The notes under the pieces: generated by a model
Seen by the model: the letters and a program-made list of their open reading frames with translations, nothing else
Told to the model about the DNA's origin: nothing
Database searches by the model: none
Translations under genes and position numbers: made by a program
In this document: piece after piece, positions 1 to 10,706 of the stretch
Numbering within the stretch: the stretch's first letter is position 1
Layout of the letters: each line of letters begins with the position of its first letter
Virus record (IMG/VR): IMGVR_UViG_3300033122_000343
Length of the DNA: 64,000 nucleotides
Origin: a virus
Lineage: Duplodnaviria; Caudoviricetes
Reading direction: 5' to 3' (one strand)

Positions 1-251
1 TATTTAGTGTCTTGTAACTTCTGTACTACTGTTTCTTTATCTATGGAAGCGACATCTGACAATCCATTAGCGTCAAACCATGGTGCTTCTTCCCAATCAA
101 ATCCATCTCCAAAAGTATTATCAGCGTTTGCAACATACCAATGACACGCTGCGTCTGGTACATCAACAGCACATTTAGACCAATCGTCATGCCACATTGG
201 AACTTGTACCCACATTAGTGCTACTGCAAAAAAATTTAAAATATGTATCAT
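1..251 (-). CDS. Small hypothetical protein with N-terminal hydrophobic segment (MIHILNFFAVALMWVQVPMWHDDWSKCAVDVPDAACHWY...), reaches the left window edge
   Basis: Hand translation: ATG at 249-251 overlaps the portal TGA (ATGA coupling); 83 open codons to the edge. From recall it resembles a Prochlorococcus/cyanophage conserved hypothetical protein. Confidence 0.75.
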   Translation of the reverse strand, partial: MIHILNFFAVALMWVQVPMWHDDWSKCAVDVPDAACHWYVANADNTFGDGFDWEEAPWFDANGLSDVASIDKETVVQKLQDTK

Positions 252-1906
252 ATTTTTGCCTTCTTGATGTCTATGCCAGGTGCTTCAGTGGAGTCACCAC
301 CTTTTTTATTTTCTAAATCTGGTTCAGTTGGATTTTTTCCAAGATCATTTTGTTGACCCATCGCTATAGCGTTTTGTGTCTCAAGTGGAACACCAGTTCC
401 CATTTCATTTTCTTTTTCCATTTCTTTATCCATTTCAATTATTTCTTCATCAGTTTGACGCAACACTTTTCTCTTTACATAATCTCTTGAATAATATGTG
501 CCAATATAAGGTTCAATCCTCTCCATAACATTCAAACGTTCATTCATCAATTCTGCTTCTTTAAGTTCTGCAAAATGATTATCATAAAGAAAGTCAAATT
601 GAATGTGCTCTGACATTCTATCCCAATCATCTGGAGTAACTATATTTTTTAAAATTAACTGTGTTTTTAAAAGATCTAGGAAAAGATAACTGAAACGTTT
701 TCTCATTCTTCCAACAAACTTGGAGAACATAAGTTCATCTCTTAATATCTCAGATGATCTACCTAAATTAAATCCTTGATCACCACCTATTCTCGATTCA
801 GGTATGTTCAATGATCTGAATAATTTCTTCTGGAAGTATTCGATATCATTCAATTCACCTAAATTTTGTCCGCCAGGTAAAGTTGTTATCTCTGTTCCTC
901 TACCACCTTCTCTTCTTGGCAACCAAAAATCTTCCAACATAGAGTGAAATTTTTTATCATCTTTTATCTCACCAGTATTAGCATCATATACCAACTTATT
1001 TCTATACCTTGACATTACATCACGCAGGTATTGTTCTGCTTTTACTTTAGGAAGATTTCCAACATCTATATAAAAAATTCTTCTTTCTGGTGCTCTTGAT
1101 AATCTGTAAATTACTAAAGAATCTTCAATCATTCTAAGTTGATTGAGAGATTTAATTGCTTTATGTAAATAAGATAATCCAAGATGTCTATTACGATCTA
1201 CTAATCCAGAACTAACATGACATATAGCATCAGTTGCTATTTTAATTCCTTTACCCGCTACGTTACCATATCTCTGTGCCATCCCTTGTGGATAGTAAGT
1301 ATAAAATTCTATTATTTCTTGATCTTTTGCTACCTTACCATCTTGCTGTCTTCCATATTCTGTATTTGGTGGAATTAAATCCTTTCTAGTGTCTTTGGGT
1401 TTGACACGCATCAACTTTATTTTAAGAGAATCAATGTATCTTAATTCTTGTAATCCTTCCTGCGGTTTTTGTAAATCAATAACCTTATGATAATATAACC
1501 TACCATCTACATACCAATTTCTGAATATCTCATGAGCCTTCTTATCAAAGTTCATAAGATCTTTTATATATTTAAACTCTTGTCTAACTACTTTTTTAAG
1601 TGAGTCACCTGCATTTAAATTATCTAAATCAATATCTACAGGACTATCATTTAAATCGGAAACTATTGCTTCATTAACTACATGTTCTATCGCAGTATCA
1701 CACTCTGGGTGTAATGCCATATCACGATATTTTTTTATACTATCAAATTCAGTTTTAAATACACCTTCAATGTCAAGATATTGACCATAAAATCCAGACT
1801 GCAAAAAATAATCAACTCCGTCCTCATTATTTGGAGGAACTGGACTGACTATACCCTTCGGTTTTTTATCAGGTTCATCAATAGAAAAACCAAAAAGTTT
1901 CGCCAT
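248..1906 (-). CDS. g20: T4-like portal vertex protein gp20
   Basis: YRLSRAPERRIFYIDVGNLPK, EDFWLPRREGGRGTEITTLPGGQNLG motifs; synteny after g19. Confidence 0.97.
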   Translation of the reverse strand: MAKLFGFSIDEPDKKPKGIVSPVPPNNEDGVDYFLQSGFYGQYLDIEGVFKTEFDSIKKYRDMALHPECDTAIEHVVNEAIVSDLNDSPVDIDLDNLNAGDSLKKVVRQEFKYIKDLMNFDKKAHEIFRNWYVDGRLYYHKVIDLQKPQEGLQELRYIDSLKIKLMRVKPKDTRKDLIPPNTEYGRQQDGKVAKDQEIIEFYTYYPQGMAQRYGNVAGKGIKIATDAICHVSSGLVDRNRHLGLSYLHKAIKSLNQLRMIEDSLVIYRLSRAPERRIFYIDVGNLPKVKAEQYLRDVMSRYRNKLVYDANTGEIKDDKKFHSMLEDFWLPRREGGRGTEITTLPGGQNLGELNDIEYFQKKLFRSLNIPESRIGGDQGFNLGRSSEILRDELMFSKFVGRMRKRFSYLFLDLLKTQLILKNIVTPDDWDRMSEHIQFDFLYDNHFAELKEAELMNERLNVMERIEPYIGTYYSRDYVKRKVLRQTDEEIIEMDKEMEKENEMGTGVPLETQNAIAMGQQNDLGKNPTEPDLENKKGGDSTEAPGIDIKKAKI

Positions 1907-1930
1907 ATTATAACTGTTTTTTTATATTTA

Positions 1931-2557
1931 TTATACTACGGATGGAGCACCTTCGCTATCATATGCTTCCCAATACTGAATTTGTAGTGTTACATCAAAC
2001 TCTTCTACTTGATTTTCAGAATCATAATTTAGTTCAATTTGAGTCACATCTGATGGGAAACAACCCTTCATATAATATCTTCTTAAAACTGGAAGTGTTT
2101 CGGAATTATCTTTTGCAGGGACATTAGACGCAGGTGATTTTGCTCTTCCTAATTGGTTTACAATCCAATCAACTTGATAATCCGATGGATTTAATGTTCC
2201 AGAACCATCTGAAACTTTAACAATAAAGTTTGACCATCTTTCAAATGCTTCTCTTAATTTAAAATCATTATCATTAACAACTTTGATTGTCCAAGGATTG
2301 AATACTCTATCTCCAGCAATCTTTAACTTACGTCCACGAAATGGAATTTCTATTGGTGTAAGAGTTGATGGTGGTAGTGCTGCTCCCTTAATCAACATTC
2401 TAAATGTTGTATCTCCTATTTCAGGAAATATTTCTTCATTAGGGAATGCCATTTCAACTTCAAATAAATTTGGTCTGGCACCACCTGCTATTAACCTAGA
2501 TTTGAATGAATCAATTGTTCTTTGATTATTCGGTATTGAAAAGATGTTCTTGTCCAT
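1931..2557 (-). CDS. g19: Tail tube protein gp19
   Basis: GGARPNLFEV, IPFRGRKLKIAGDRVFNPW, VEEFDVTLQIQYW motifs; follows g18. Confidence 0.95.
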   Translation of the reverse strand: MDKNIFSIPNNQRTIDSFKSRLIAGGARPNLFEVEMAFPNEEIFPEIGDTTFRMLIKGAALPPSTLTPIEIPFRGRKLKIAGDRVFNPWTIKVVNDNDFKLREAFERWSNFIVKVSDGSGTLNPSDYQVDWIVNQLGRAKSPASNVPAKDNSETLPVLRRYYMKGCFPSDVTQIELNYDSENQVEEFDVTLQIQYWEAYDSEGAPSVV

Positions 2558-2570
2558 TTTTAAGTACTAA

Positions 2571-4784
2571 TTAAACGGTGCCTACGACCTCAGAGAATGA
2601 AACTCCAGTCCTAGTTGCAACAAAGGTTAGACCAATAAAGTTAATCGACCTTGCTGGTTTGACAAAGATGTCAGCGATGAACTCATTCCTGTCTATTACG
2701 TCAGGAGTGTTATTAGTTTCATCACAGACGAGTAGGAAATCTTGTATTCCTCGTTTCGCTACAACATCACGAAGGAATGGTTCTACTATATTTACAAAAT
2801 TTGATCTTGTACCAGCATCATTGAGTTCAAATAATTGTGCTTCAGCAGCATTTTCAATTGCTCTTTCAATTGTTATAAACAATCTACGAACATTAATTCT
2901 GTCAAAGGCACTCTCGACTGCTAATGCTGTTTTGTCTCCAAATAATATAATTCCAGATCCTGGTTGAGGTATGACAGGATTTATCCTATTTGTGTATAGT
3001 CTATCTCTTGCTGCCTGACCAGGATTAAATGCTAGTTTGATGGCATTTGTTAATGCTCCTCTTACAACTCCTGCGGGTGAGAACCAAGGGAATTGATTTA
3101 TATCAGTTCTTACACATAGTCCAGCAATATCACTTGATAGAGGAATGTATGTAAATCTTTTGTTAAATCTGTCGTAAATATACTGATATCCACTATCAAA
3201 CACAGCATAAGATGATGATGCGAGTGGTGAGAAGAATTGGAGTACGTTAGTTAACTGTTTTGATGCATCTGTGATATTTACAGTGGCACTTCTGTTAGGT
3301 GATATAAATGCCACACAATCTTTTCTTGCTTCACATATTGAAATTAATTTTTGTGCTTTTGCTTGTTCTTCTGCTTGAGTACCAAAAGCACCACCTTGAA
3401 GTAAGAATCTTATGTCAGCATTTACTTTATCTTCTAATTTTGCGTATGCATTTAGTGTGTCACCTAAATTTGTTCTGAATAAACCAATATGACCTTGATA
3501 GTCAAAACCACCTAAAAGTTTATAACTTTTGTTCCCTAATCCTGCAAACTCTGTGTCTTCAGAATCTTGACCCCAAGCACTTGAGGCAGAAGAAATTGGT
3601 GTTACACCAGATGAGAAACCAAGAGCAAGTGCTGATGTATTATGGAAACTATCTGTTACAGCAGGGGATGTTCCTGCAAAGATGTATTCAGAATTATCTG
3701 CTAATATATTCTTATAATAAATTGATTCATTCTGTTTTTCAGCGTCTTTTGCTTTTGATAGACCAGTAAATTTTTCAAGAAGTGTGCCTGGTGTGCCAGT
3801 TACATTTCCTTTAATATCGAATACTGCAATATTTACTCCATCGTTCCTTCCGTTTCTACTTGAAACAAAACTATTTGTAGCAGGTTTATCTGCAATTTGT
3901 TGCCATGATACTGTTACGGGATCAGACCCACCATCAGCAATAGATGTTAATGCCTTTTGTTGTTCATACCATGCCACTGGTGAAGGTGTTCCTGTAATAA
4001 TACCTACATCACCTAAAATAGATGATGAAAGTCCTAATCTAGTGTTTCCATTATTTGTTTTAAATTCAAATTGAGAATTTTCTTGATAGTTAACTGCTGT
4101 TTCTACACCTGCAATAACTTTTGATACAACTTTTACATCAACAAAACTATTTCCAATACCTGTTATGATACCTTTTAGATAGTCATTTACAGCTGGTGCA
4201 GAGGTTGTACCTATTCCTAAAGTAACACCAGATAACTGTTGTGTTACAGCATAACCAACTTGTATACCATGAGCAAATACTCCAGAAAGATTTGATCCAA
4301 CTTTAGTTGTAAGAATACCAGTTATTCTTTGATCTGCTGCATTATCAATAATACATACTCTAATATTATTTCCCCAACTACCAGGATTTTTTGCTGCCCA
4401 ATAAAAGTTAGATGCAGTTGAATAATTGTTATTGTAATCGTCGTAGTTTTCAATTGTAAGAGATGTTGTTGAAGCAATTCCAACACCTGCGTTTGCGTTT
4501 GTTACTCCTCCACCTGCTCTTACAACATCTAATTGACCACCGTAAGATAAGAAGTTCGCTGCTGCGTACCATGTCTCGTAGTGATAATCAGTAATAGCAG
4601 CACCAGGACCACCAAACTTATCAATTAAATCTTTTTCATTAATAACTCTTGTTACCTCATTTACAGGTCCTTTTTTAAAAGGTCCTGCAATTCCCGCAGT
4701 GATGTTAAGTGTTGCGTCAACCGCACCACGGGTTAAATCAACTTCACGAACAGAAATACCAGGGGATGCTAATCGTAGTGCCAT
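2571..4784 (-). CDS. g18: Tail sheath protein gp18
   Basis: SPGISVREVDLT N-terminus; PWFSPAG, FDRINVRRLF, KPARSINFI C-terminal motifs. Confidence 0.97.
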   Translation of the reverse strand: MALRLASPGISVREVDLTRGAVDATLNITAGIAGPFKKGPVNEVTRVINEKDLIDKFGGPGAAITDYHYETWYAAANFLSYGGQLDVVRAGGGVTNANAGVGIASTTSLTIENYDDYNNNYSTASNFYWAAKNPGSWGNNIRVCIIDNAADQRITGILTTKVGSNLSGVFAHGIQVGYAVTQQLSGVTLGIGTTSAPAVNDYLKGIITGIGNSFVDVKVVSKVIAGVETAVNYQENSQFEFKTNNGNTRLGLSSSILGDVGIITGTPSPVAWYEQQKALTSIADGGSDPVTVSWQQIADKPATNSFVSSRNGRNDGVNIAVFDIKGNVTGTPGTLLEKFTGLSKAKDAEKQNESIYYKNILADNSEYIFAGTSPAVTDSFHNTSALALGFSSGVTPISSASSAWGQDSEDTEFAGLGNKSYKLLGGFDYQGHIGLFRTNLGDTLNAYAKLEDKVNADIRFLLQGGAFGTQAEEQAKAQKLISICEARKDCVAFISPNRSATVNITDASKQLTNVLQFFSPLASSSYAVFDSGYQYIYDRFNKRFTYIPLSSDIAGLCVRTDINQFPWFSPAGVVRGALTNAIKLAFNPGQAARDRLYTNRINPVIPQPGSGIILFGDKTALAVESAFDRINVRRLFITIERAIENAAEAQLFELNDAGTRSNFVNIVEPFLRDVVAKRGIQDFLLVCDETNNTPDVIDRNEFIADIFVKPARSINFIGLTFVATRTGVSFSEVVGTV

Positions 4785-4841
4785 TCTTTTTTTCCTACTG
4801 TCCCTATGTTTTGACTAAAAGTATTTATTGAAAAGTACTCT

Positions 4842-6494
4842 TTAGTAGTACTCCCACATAAAAGAACGAGTTCCGTATTCATCAACTTTCCATCTATCAC
4901 CATTTGAATCAACTTGATCATTATCATCATCTAATCCGTCACTTATAAAACCAAAAGGTGCCATATCCTGTTCAATTTGATTCCTTTGTTCTTCATACAT
5001 GCGTTTACGAACATCATTATCTGTCATTTCTTTGAAATAATCTTGCACTACTAACCATGAGAATATAACAAGGCACATTGCAAGATCATCATTACAACCT
5101 TCCTCCGCTTCAAATGATTGTTTTCTTTGAATGAAAGTTGTAAGTTCCGCTATAGTTTCATAATCACTGAGTAAAAGTTTGTCATCTTCAATTAAGGTTT
5201 TTAAATTAGAGCATCCTACTTTTTTAGTAGTAACACTCATTTTTACTCCTAATTGAGTTTTTTTACCACTGAATCCTGTTCCGACTATTTGACCTGCACG
5301 TCCTCTCATTGCACACATTAAAATATTTTCGTACTCTAAATCAAAATTTAGTATTGATGCAACTTGATCTCCAATATCATTCACTTCACATAAAATGTAA
5401 GCATCATTATATCCTTGAGCAACTTCATGAATAATATTAGGAAATAACATCGGTTTTATAGTGTTATTTCTATATCTTGCAACGACTCTGTATGGTATAG
5501 ATGTTGTGTCAAAAACTATAAATGCCGAATAGTCTTTTTGAATACCTCTTGCAACATCAACAGTAATAATGTAATCATGGTTTGGAATAGGTTCAGTATA
5601 AATTGCCAACCCACCGTTAATTGTTTTGGGGTCTTCATAAACCAATAATTTTAATTTTGACGCTGATATCAAAGTATCAACAGATCCTAAAAATTCACAT
5701 TCAAATTCAGTTCTGAATTGTTCTTCACTTGTGTTTTTTATAGTTTGTTCTTTCCACTCTGCATCTCGTCCTGGTACTTCTGACCAGTGAACTTCAGTAG
5801 GTATATAATCATTTCTTCCTCTTTCGGCATCATGCCAATATCTGTAAAAGTGGTTCATCCCGTGAGGGGTAGATACCATTATTACTTTTGTTGATTGACC
5901 AGAAGAGATAGTAGGATAAACTGAGGCAAAAAAGTCTTCAGCGATGTGATTCGGGATGAAAGCGAACTCGTCGAGGAAGATAATGTTGTAAGATCCACCC
6001 CTGACAGCACTTGCAGATGTAGAAGCAGCCAAAACTTTTGATCCATTTTCTAACTCCATTGATCCTTTGTTCCATGCTATAATACCTTGCTGCATCCATT
6101 TTGGTAGATTTTCATATGCTAACTGTAATCTTCCTAATAAATCTCTTGCAGTTGATGCTTTGTTTGCAAGAATAGCAACGTTTACATTATCATTAAAAAT
6201 CACATAATGTAATAAGTAAGATACACAGGTAGTTGATTTACCTGTCTGACGAGGCATCTTACATATATTAAATCTATTATTATGAAAATTTCTTATTAAT
6301 TTTTTTTGAAAGGGATACATGTCAAAAGGTATTAAACCTCTATCCACGTTCACTATTTGTACAAATTTTTCAGCAAAGTATACAGGATCATCTTTACATT
6401 TAAGAAACTCCTTTATATCATTTTCTGTAAATTCAATCCTTGTATTTACTTTTTTTAAATTAGGATTGCCTAGATATACTTCACTTGCTGGCAT
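4842..6494 (-). CDS. g17: Terminase large subunit gp17
   Basis: Walker A PRQTGKST, Walker B IIFLDEFAF, STPHG motif III, RNase H-like DVARG...NDDL; normal length, no intein. Confidence 0.97.
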   Translation of the reverse strand: MPASEVYLGNPNLKKVNTRIEFTENDIKEFLKCKDDPVYFAEKFVQIVNVDRGLIPFDMYPFQKKLIRNFHNNRFNICKMPRQTGKSTTCVSYLLHYVIFNDNVNVAILANKASTARDLLGRLQLAYENLPKWMQQGIIAWNKGSMELENGSKVLAASTSASAVRGGSYNIIFLDEFAFIPNHIAEDFFASVYPTISSGQSTKVIMVSTPHGMNHFYRYWHDAERGRNDYIPTEVHWSEVPGRDAEWKEQTIKNTSEEQFRTEFECEFLGSVDTLISASKLKLLVYEDPKTINGGLAIYTEPIPNHDYIITVDVARGIQKDYSAFIVFDTTSIPYRVVARYRNNTIKPMLFPNIIHEVAQGYNDAYILCEVNDIGDQVASILNFDLEYENILMCAMRGRAGQIVGTGFSGKKTQLGVKMSVTTKKVGCSNLKTLIEDDKLLLSDYETIAELTTFIQRKQSFEAEEGCNDDLAMCLVIFSWLVVQDYFKEMTDNDVRKRMYEEQRNQIEQDMAPFGFISDGLDDDNDQVDSNGDRWKVDEYGTRSFMWEYY

Positions 6495-6498
6495 AGGG

Positions 6499-6660
6499 TT
6501 ATAGTTTTATCTCTCTACATGCAATCATACCTCTTGCATACATCTTACAATTGAATGCTTTATCTTCATCCTTACTTAATAAAAAAATAATAGCGGTGAG
6601 TTGAACCATTATGGCAACTGGCACCACTATTTTTATTAATGTTTTTGAATTAACATTCAT
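6499..6660 (-). CDS. Small membrane protein, 53 aa (MNVNSKTLIKIVVPVAIMVQLTAIIFLLSKDEDKAFNCKMYARGMIACREIKL)
   Basis: Hand translation; fills the gap between the 403-aa ORF and g17, with start overlapping the upstream stop; one hydrophobic helix. Confidence 0.65.
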   Translation of the reverse strand: MNVNSKTLIKIVVPVAIMVQLTAIIFLLSKDEDKAFNCKMYARGMIACREIKL

Positions 6661-7871
6661 CAGCAATTCCACTTTCTAAGTGCTTTATTAATCCTAGAAT
6701 TTGGATCTCTTGCAGTTTTAGCACTTGTTAATTTCTTTTTCATCCCTTTCATTCTAGAGCAGAATGATTTCCTACGGGGGTTTCCAACCTTCTTGCTAGG
6801 TGCTTTAAGGTCAGATCCAGGATTTTCCCGTTCGTAACTTTTTCTGCCTTTTTCATTAAGTCCTCCCGATTTGTTTTTACCTGCTTTTCTTTGCCATGCT
6901 GCGACTTCATTTTGGAACTCCGTAAATTTTTTAAATTCGTATTCTTCTTTTTTAGAGGAATTACCCCAATTCGCTGCACCAACTTTGCGACACTTTACAA
7001 GAGCACCAGAGGCATAAGCACTTGGCCATACTGAGTAGCGTGATTTTACTTTATGATAGCATGCATCTTTAGTTCCACTACCTTTGCCTTTAATGTCTTT
7101 TTCAAGTAAAGTTTCTTCTTTCATTTTCTTTTTACGAGGACTATCGGTTCTAACATATGTAGGTTTTGCAGCACCAGTTTTTGATTGTTGACCAGGATCT
7201 GCTTTCTTTTTCCTACGAGCAGCAGACAATCTTTCCGCTTTTGTCATACTTGCTCTCTTTGATGAAGACACACATTTAGGTGTCCCTTCACCAGGTTTAT
7301 CACTCGCACATGTACCTCCAGTCACTACATTAACCCAACCACCTTTTCCATCTTTGGATTTTGATCCAGAAAACCATTTATGTAATGATCCTTCCATTGC
7401 TTGTTTGCGAATTGTGGCGAAATATACTTTCTTTCCCTCTTCTTTTCCATACTGCTTTTGCATATTTTTTTTCATGCCTGAATCATCATATTTTTTCTTC
7501 AACATGGTGTCTTTTCTTTTCTGAGCAGAAGTCATAGTCACCTCGTTCATTGCCTTCTCCAAATCATCCGCTTGTTTTGCATGTGTTTTGGAACCCTTTC
7601 TGAGTTTTCCGACTAATTTTTTAACAAAGGGTCTATCATTTTTGTTAAGTTCTTCGCTCATCCCGCCACCATTTCCACCGTTTCCACCATTTCCATTACC
7701 ATTTCCATTACCATTACCGTTGCCATTACCATTTTTCTTTCCATTAGATTTTGAATCATCATCTTTATCTGGGTAAAGATAACCTCTCATTCCAACATGA
7801 TAACCACGGGGAATTTTTTTACATTTTTTGTCTGTGTTACAATAGTAGTAACCAGATTTACAGGTTTTCAT
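6660..7871 (-). CDS. Highly basic modular hypothetical protein between g16 and g17 (C-terminal DUF6321-like module)
   Basis: Lys/Arg-rich, Gly-Asn run, Cys-containing modules; C-terminal GGLNEKGRK...RRKSFCSRM...ALRKWNC. Confidence 0.8.
   Translation of the reverse strand: MKTCKSGYYYCNTDKKCKKIPRGYHVGMRGYLYPDKDDDSKSNGKKNGNGNGNGNGNGNGNGGNGGNGGGMSEELNKNDRPFVKKLVGKLRKGSKTHAKQADDLEKAMNEVTMTSAQKRKDTMLKKKYDDSGMKKNMQKQYGKEEGKKVYFATIRKQAMEGSLHKWFSGSKSKDGKGGWVNVVTGGTCASDKPGEGTPKCVSSSKRASMTKAERLSAARRKKKADPGQQSKTGAAKPTYVRTDSPRKKKMKEETLLEKDIKGKGSGTKDACYHKVKSRYSVWPSAYASGALVKCRKVGAANWGNSSKKEEYEFKKFTEFQNEVAAWQRKAGKNKSGGLNEKGRKSYERENPGSDLKAPSKKVGNPRRKSFCSRMKGMKKKLTSAKTARDPNSRINKALRKWNC
7660..7732 (-). repeat. 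(GGNAAY)n microsatellite-like run encoding GNGNGN/GGN linker
   Basis: ccattaccatttccattaccattaccgttgccattacc on the + strand. Confidence 0.85.
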
Positions 7872-8266
7872 TTTTCCTCCGCATCATTATTTAGAATTCC
7901 TTTCTTTAAAATTTTTTGTAATTCTGATGTGCTACCTACAAATAATGCATTATTAACCGTGTTAGGACCTGACTTTTGAGGTTTTTCAATGTCCTTCATT
8001 TTCTTTTGTAAATCAAGAAGTTTATCTGTAACATCTCCTACACTTTTTATTAATTGACCTGCAACTTCATATGCTCTTGGATGTTGAGAATCTTGACATA
8101 CATCCATAATTCCATCAATTGCTTCTTGACCTTTTTCTACAAGATTATATAATTGACCACGAGAATATTCAAAATCGTCTTGAGGAGTATCCTTAATTTT
8201 TTTAGGAGTCTCCTTTACAATTTTTGCTTTTACATTAAGTGCTCTATCAATACTTTCTTGATTCAT
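7868..8266 (-). CDS. g16: Terminase small subunit gp16
   Basis: DDFEYSRGQLY, HPRAYEVAGQLIK, NNALFVGSTSELQK. Confidence 0.93.
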   Translation of the reverse strand: MNQESIDRALNVKAKIVKETPKKIKDTPQDDFEYSRGQLYNLVEKGQEAIDGIMDVCQDSQHPRAYEVAGQLIKSVGDVTDKLLDLQKKMKDIEKPQKSGPNTVNNALFVGSTSELQKILKKGILNNDAEEK

Positions 8267-8268
8267 AA

Positions 8269-9315
8269 TTAAACATCTGTTCCTTGAGATGGACTAAATT
8301 CTTTATAATCTTGGAAGAATGATATGTCAGAATCAAATCCAAAATCATCTCCTATTTCAATAGCAGCGTTATCAGCAGCATTAATCAAATCTAATTGATC
8401 ACCAGTGAAGTGTTCTTGAATAGTTGTTCCAAAAGCACCTCTTTCCACGATAACGTTGTTACCATCAATTGACTCTACTCTCATAGTCTCTTGATTTACT
8501 CTTATATATTCAAATTTTTCAATTAAGGCAGCGTTAACTACTTTAAGAAGAGTTTGACGTGTATTGATGTTTCCAGACAAAGAGGTAGTATTATCATCGT
8601 TGTAATCCTTAGTTGCTTGTGGTGTAATAACATATCTTACCTCTCTTGGTGCCTTAATATTTGTAGCATAATCTATTTGAACACGTTTAATAATACCTCC
8701 ACTTTCATCAGTAGGAATTTCATTGTAGAAGTATGTTTTTGCTAAAAAATCTAATTCATAAGTTATTGCCCTTCTTTCACCAAAATCACCTTCATACTCA
8801 TCTTTAAATGAAATGTTTGTCAATGTAAATGGAATATCTTTTTTCTCCTCGTGACCTTGAAGTATATTCATTGTCACACTGTAATGAGGTTGAAAAAATG
8901 GAAGTATTTGTTCTAAAATTTGAAGAACATCATCTTGCAATTTTGCTGCAAAACTTAATCTGAATCCTATGTCATAAGGCACAGGCATAAACACTTTTTT
9001 TATTTTACTTTTATCAGAATTTTCTTTTAATATAAACTTAGTAATTGGTGCTGCTTTTCTTGAAGGATCATATGCGTAGGATGTGATTTCAAATGAAAGT
9101 CTAGGAAGTGTAAAATTATTTTTTTCTAAGTCTGGTTGTTGCTCTATTCTCGCTAAAAACTTTTGCATAGGACCGTATGCAATAGGAACTTTTATAGTCT
9201 TAAGAGTATTGCCTGTAGCATCATCTGTTTTTTTAATATAAATGTTGTTGAAAAGAGTTCCGAAAGCAATTACAGTCTTTCTAATAGTTTCGTTGTAAAA
9301 ATAATTGCCTATCAT
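8269..9315 (-). CDS. g15: Tail sheath stabiliser/terminator gp15
   Basis: YFYNETIRKTVIAFGTLFNNI, VPIAYGP, LPRLSFEI, QILEQILPFFQP. Confidence 0.93.
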   Translation of the reverse strand: MIGNYFYNETIRKTVIAFGTLFNNIYIKKTDDATGNTLKTIKVPIAYGPMQKFLARIEQQPDLEKNNFTLPRLSFEITSYAYDPSRKAAPITKFILKENSDKSKIKKVFMPVPYDIGFRLSFAAKLQDDVLQILEQILPFFQPHYSVTMNILQGHEEKKDIPFTLTNISFKDEYEGDFGERRAITYELDFLAKTYFYNEIPTDESGGIIKRVQIDYATNIKAPREVRYVITPQATKDYNDDNTTSLSGNINTRQTLLKVVNAALIEKFEYIRVNQETMRVESIDGNNVIVERGAFGTTIQEHFTGDQLDLINAADNAAIEIGDDFGFDSDISFFQDYKEFSPSQGTDV

Positions 9316-10706
9316 AATTCACCAAAGGGATTCTGTTCTGTAAAATCTAATATTGAATCACCAGAAGATTGAAAGTCAACATTTTGATCATATGTTGCAG
9401 TGTCATCATCGTAGTTAATAGTATTTATCCTATATGCGTTAGTGTCAGTCGTTGCTCTTGCATATCCAACAAGTATTTCATTAGGAGTAAATTTACCAGT
9501 AAGATCTTTTACTTTCAAAATTCTTGTAGAAGCATCCCACTGAGTAACGTAAGCAGATGTTTTACTGAGGGAACCAGTTACATTCGTTCCAAAATAATAT
9601 GTACCTATACCTATTGTTCCAGCAGCAGATACAACGACTGATGGAGTTGCTGTATAACCATAACCTGCATTTAATAATCTAATCGCTGATAATGAACCAG
9701 AACCATCTAAAACGGCAGTTGCAATAGCAGTGACTCCACCAGCAGGTGGGTCTGAAATAGTTACTAATGGTGGTGTCACATAATCTTGTCCCACTAATGT
9801 TATAGTGACGATTCCCACTGATCCAGTTGTTCCTATTCCAGCAATTGCTTCAGCACCAGATCCTTCTCCATCAGATGATGTTATAAAGACCTTCGGTATA
9901 CTAGTATAACCAAAACCAGGATCACTTATTCTTATCTCTTGTAATGATTGTGTGCCACCTGAATTTGTCGTCATGATTCCAAAAGCAGATGCTTTTCTTC
10001 CGACTAGATGTTTTGGAGGAGAAATTCTTATATCAGGTGTAGTAGTATATCCAACTCCTTCATTTATAACATCAATTTTATGTACGCCTCCATTGACTAG
10101 ACTTGTAAATGCAGTCGCTGTTGTACCAATTCCTGTCATGGTAAGGGTTGCGTTATATCCTATTGTTTCAAAATCATCATCAATTGCATCTATACCAGTT
10201 GCAATTTTTTCATCACCATATTCAAACACTTCACATTTCAAAACATATATGTAATTTTCTTGCAATTGAAAGAATTGACTTTCATGCTCTACATATTTTA
10301 TTTCAAATAAAGTATCACCCAATGGAAAATATATTAAATCACCCTCTAATGGTCTAGTGGGTGCTTTAGATAATCCAGTTTCGTCACTAGCGAGTAATGG
10401 TGTTATGTATTCTTCATATCTTCTTTGTGATATTACTATATCAAGTGATGCTGTAGACTTTACACCAAACTTTGTTAATAAATTATGATCAGCAGCGTAA
10501 CCATTATAATTTTCTATGTAACCCTCCAAAGGGAATGACATCGTGAAATCAGATACATTAGTTTCACGCATGATGGATTTAGTATTAGTGAATTTCCTTG
10601 GCATGTAAGTAAATTCAATACCATGCATTCTGATATGCTCATCCACCAGATCTTGAATAAGATTCTGTTCACTCTTTACACCCTGAGTTAAAAAATTATT
10701 GAGCAT
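9312..10706 (-). CDS. g14: Neck protein gp14 with inserted G-x-G-Y-T repeat domains
   Basis: EQNLIQDLVDEHI, RPLEGDLIYFP, FEIKYVEHE, DFTEQNPFG. Confidence 0.92.
   Translation of the reverse strand: MLNNFLTQGVKSEQNLIQDLVDEHIRMHGIEFTYMPRKFTNTKSIMRETNVSDFTMSFPLEGYIENYNGYAADHNLLTKFGVKSTASLDIVISQRRYEEYITPLLASDETGLSKAPTRPLEGDLIYFPLGDTLFEIKYVEHESQFFQLQENYIYVLKCEVFEYGDEKIATGIDAIDDDFETIGYNATLTMTGIGTTATAFTSLVNGGVHKIDVINEGVGYTTTPDIRISPPKHLVGRKASAFGIMTTNSGGTQSLQEIRISDPGFGYTSIPKVFITSSDGEGSGAEAIAGIGTTGSVGIVTITLVGQDYVTPPLVTISDPPAGGVTAIATAVLDGSGSLSAIRLLNAGYGYTATPSVVVSAAGTIGIGTYYFGTNVTGSLSKTSAYVTQWDASTRILKVKDLTGKFTPNEILVGYARATTDTNAYRINTINYDDDTATYDQNVDFQSSGDSILDFTEQNPFGEL

Noticed and set aside
248-6494. Inteins or introns in portal, sheath or terminase
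   Set aside because: Lengths and motifs are continuous and typical; no splice motifs or embedded endonuclease.
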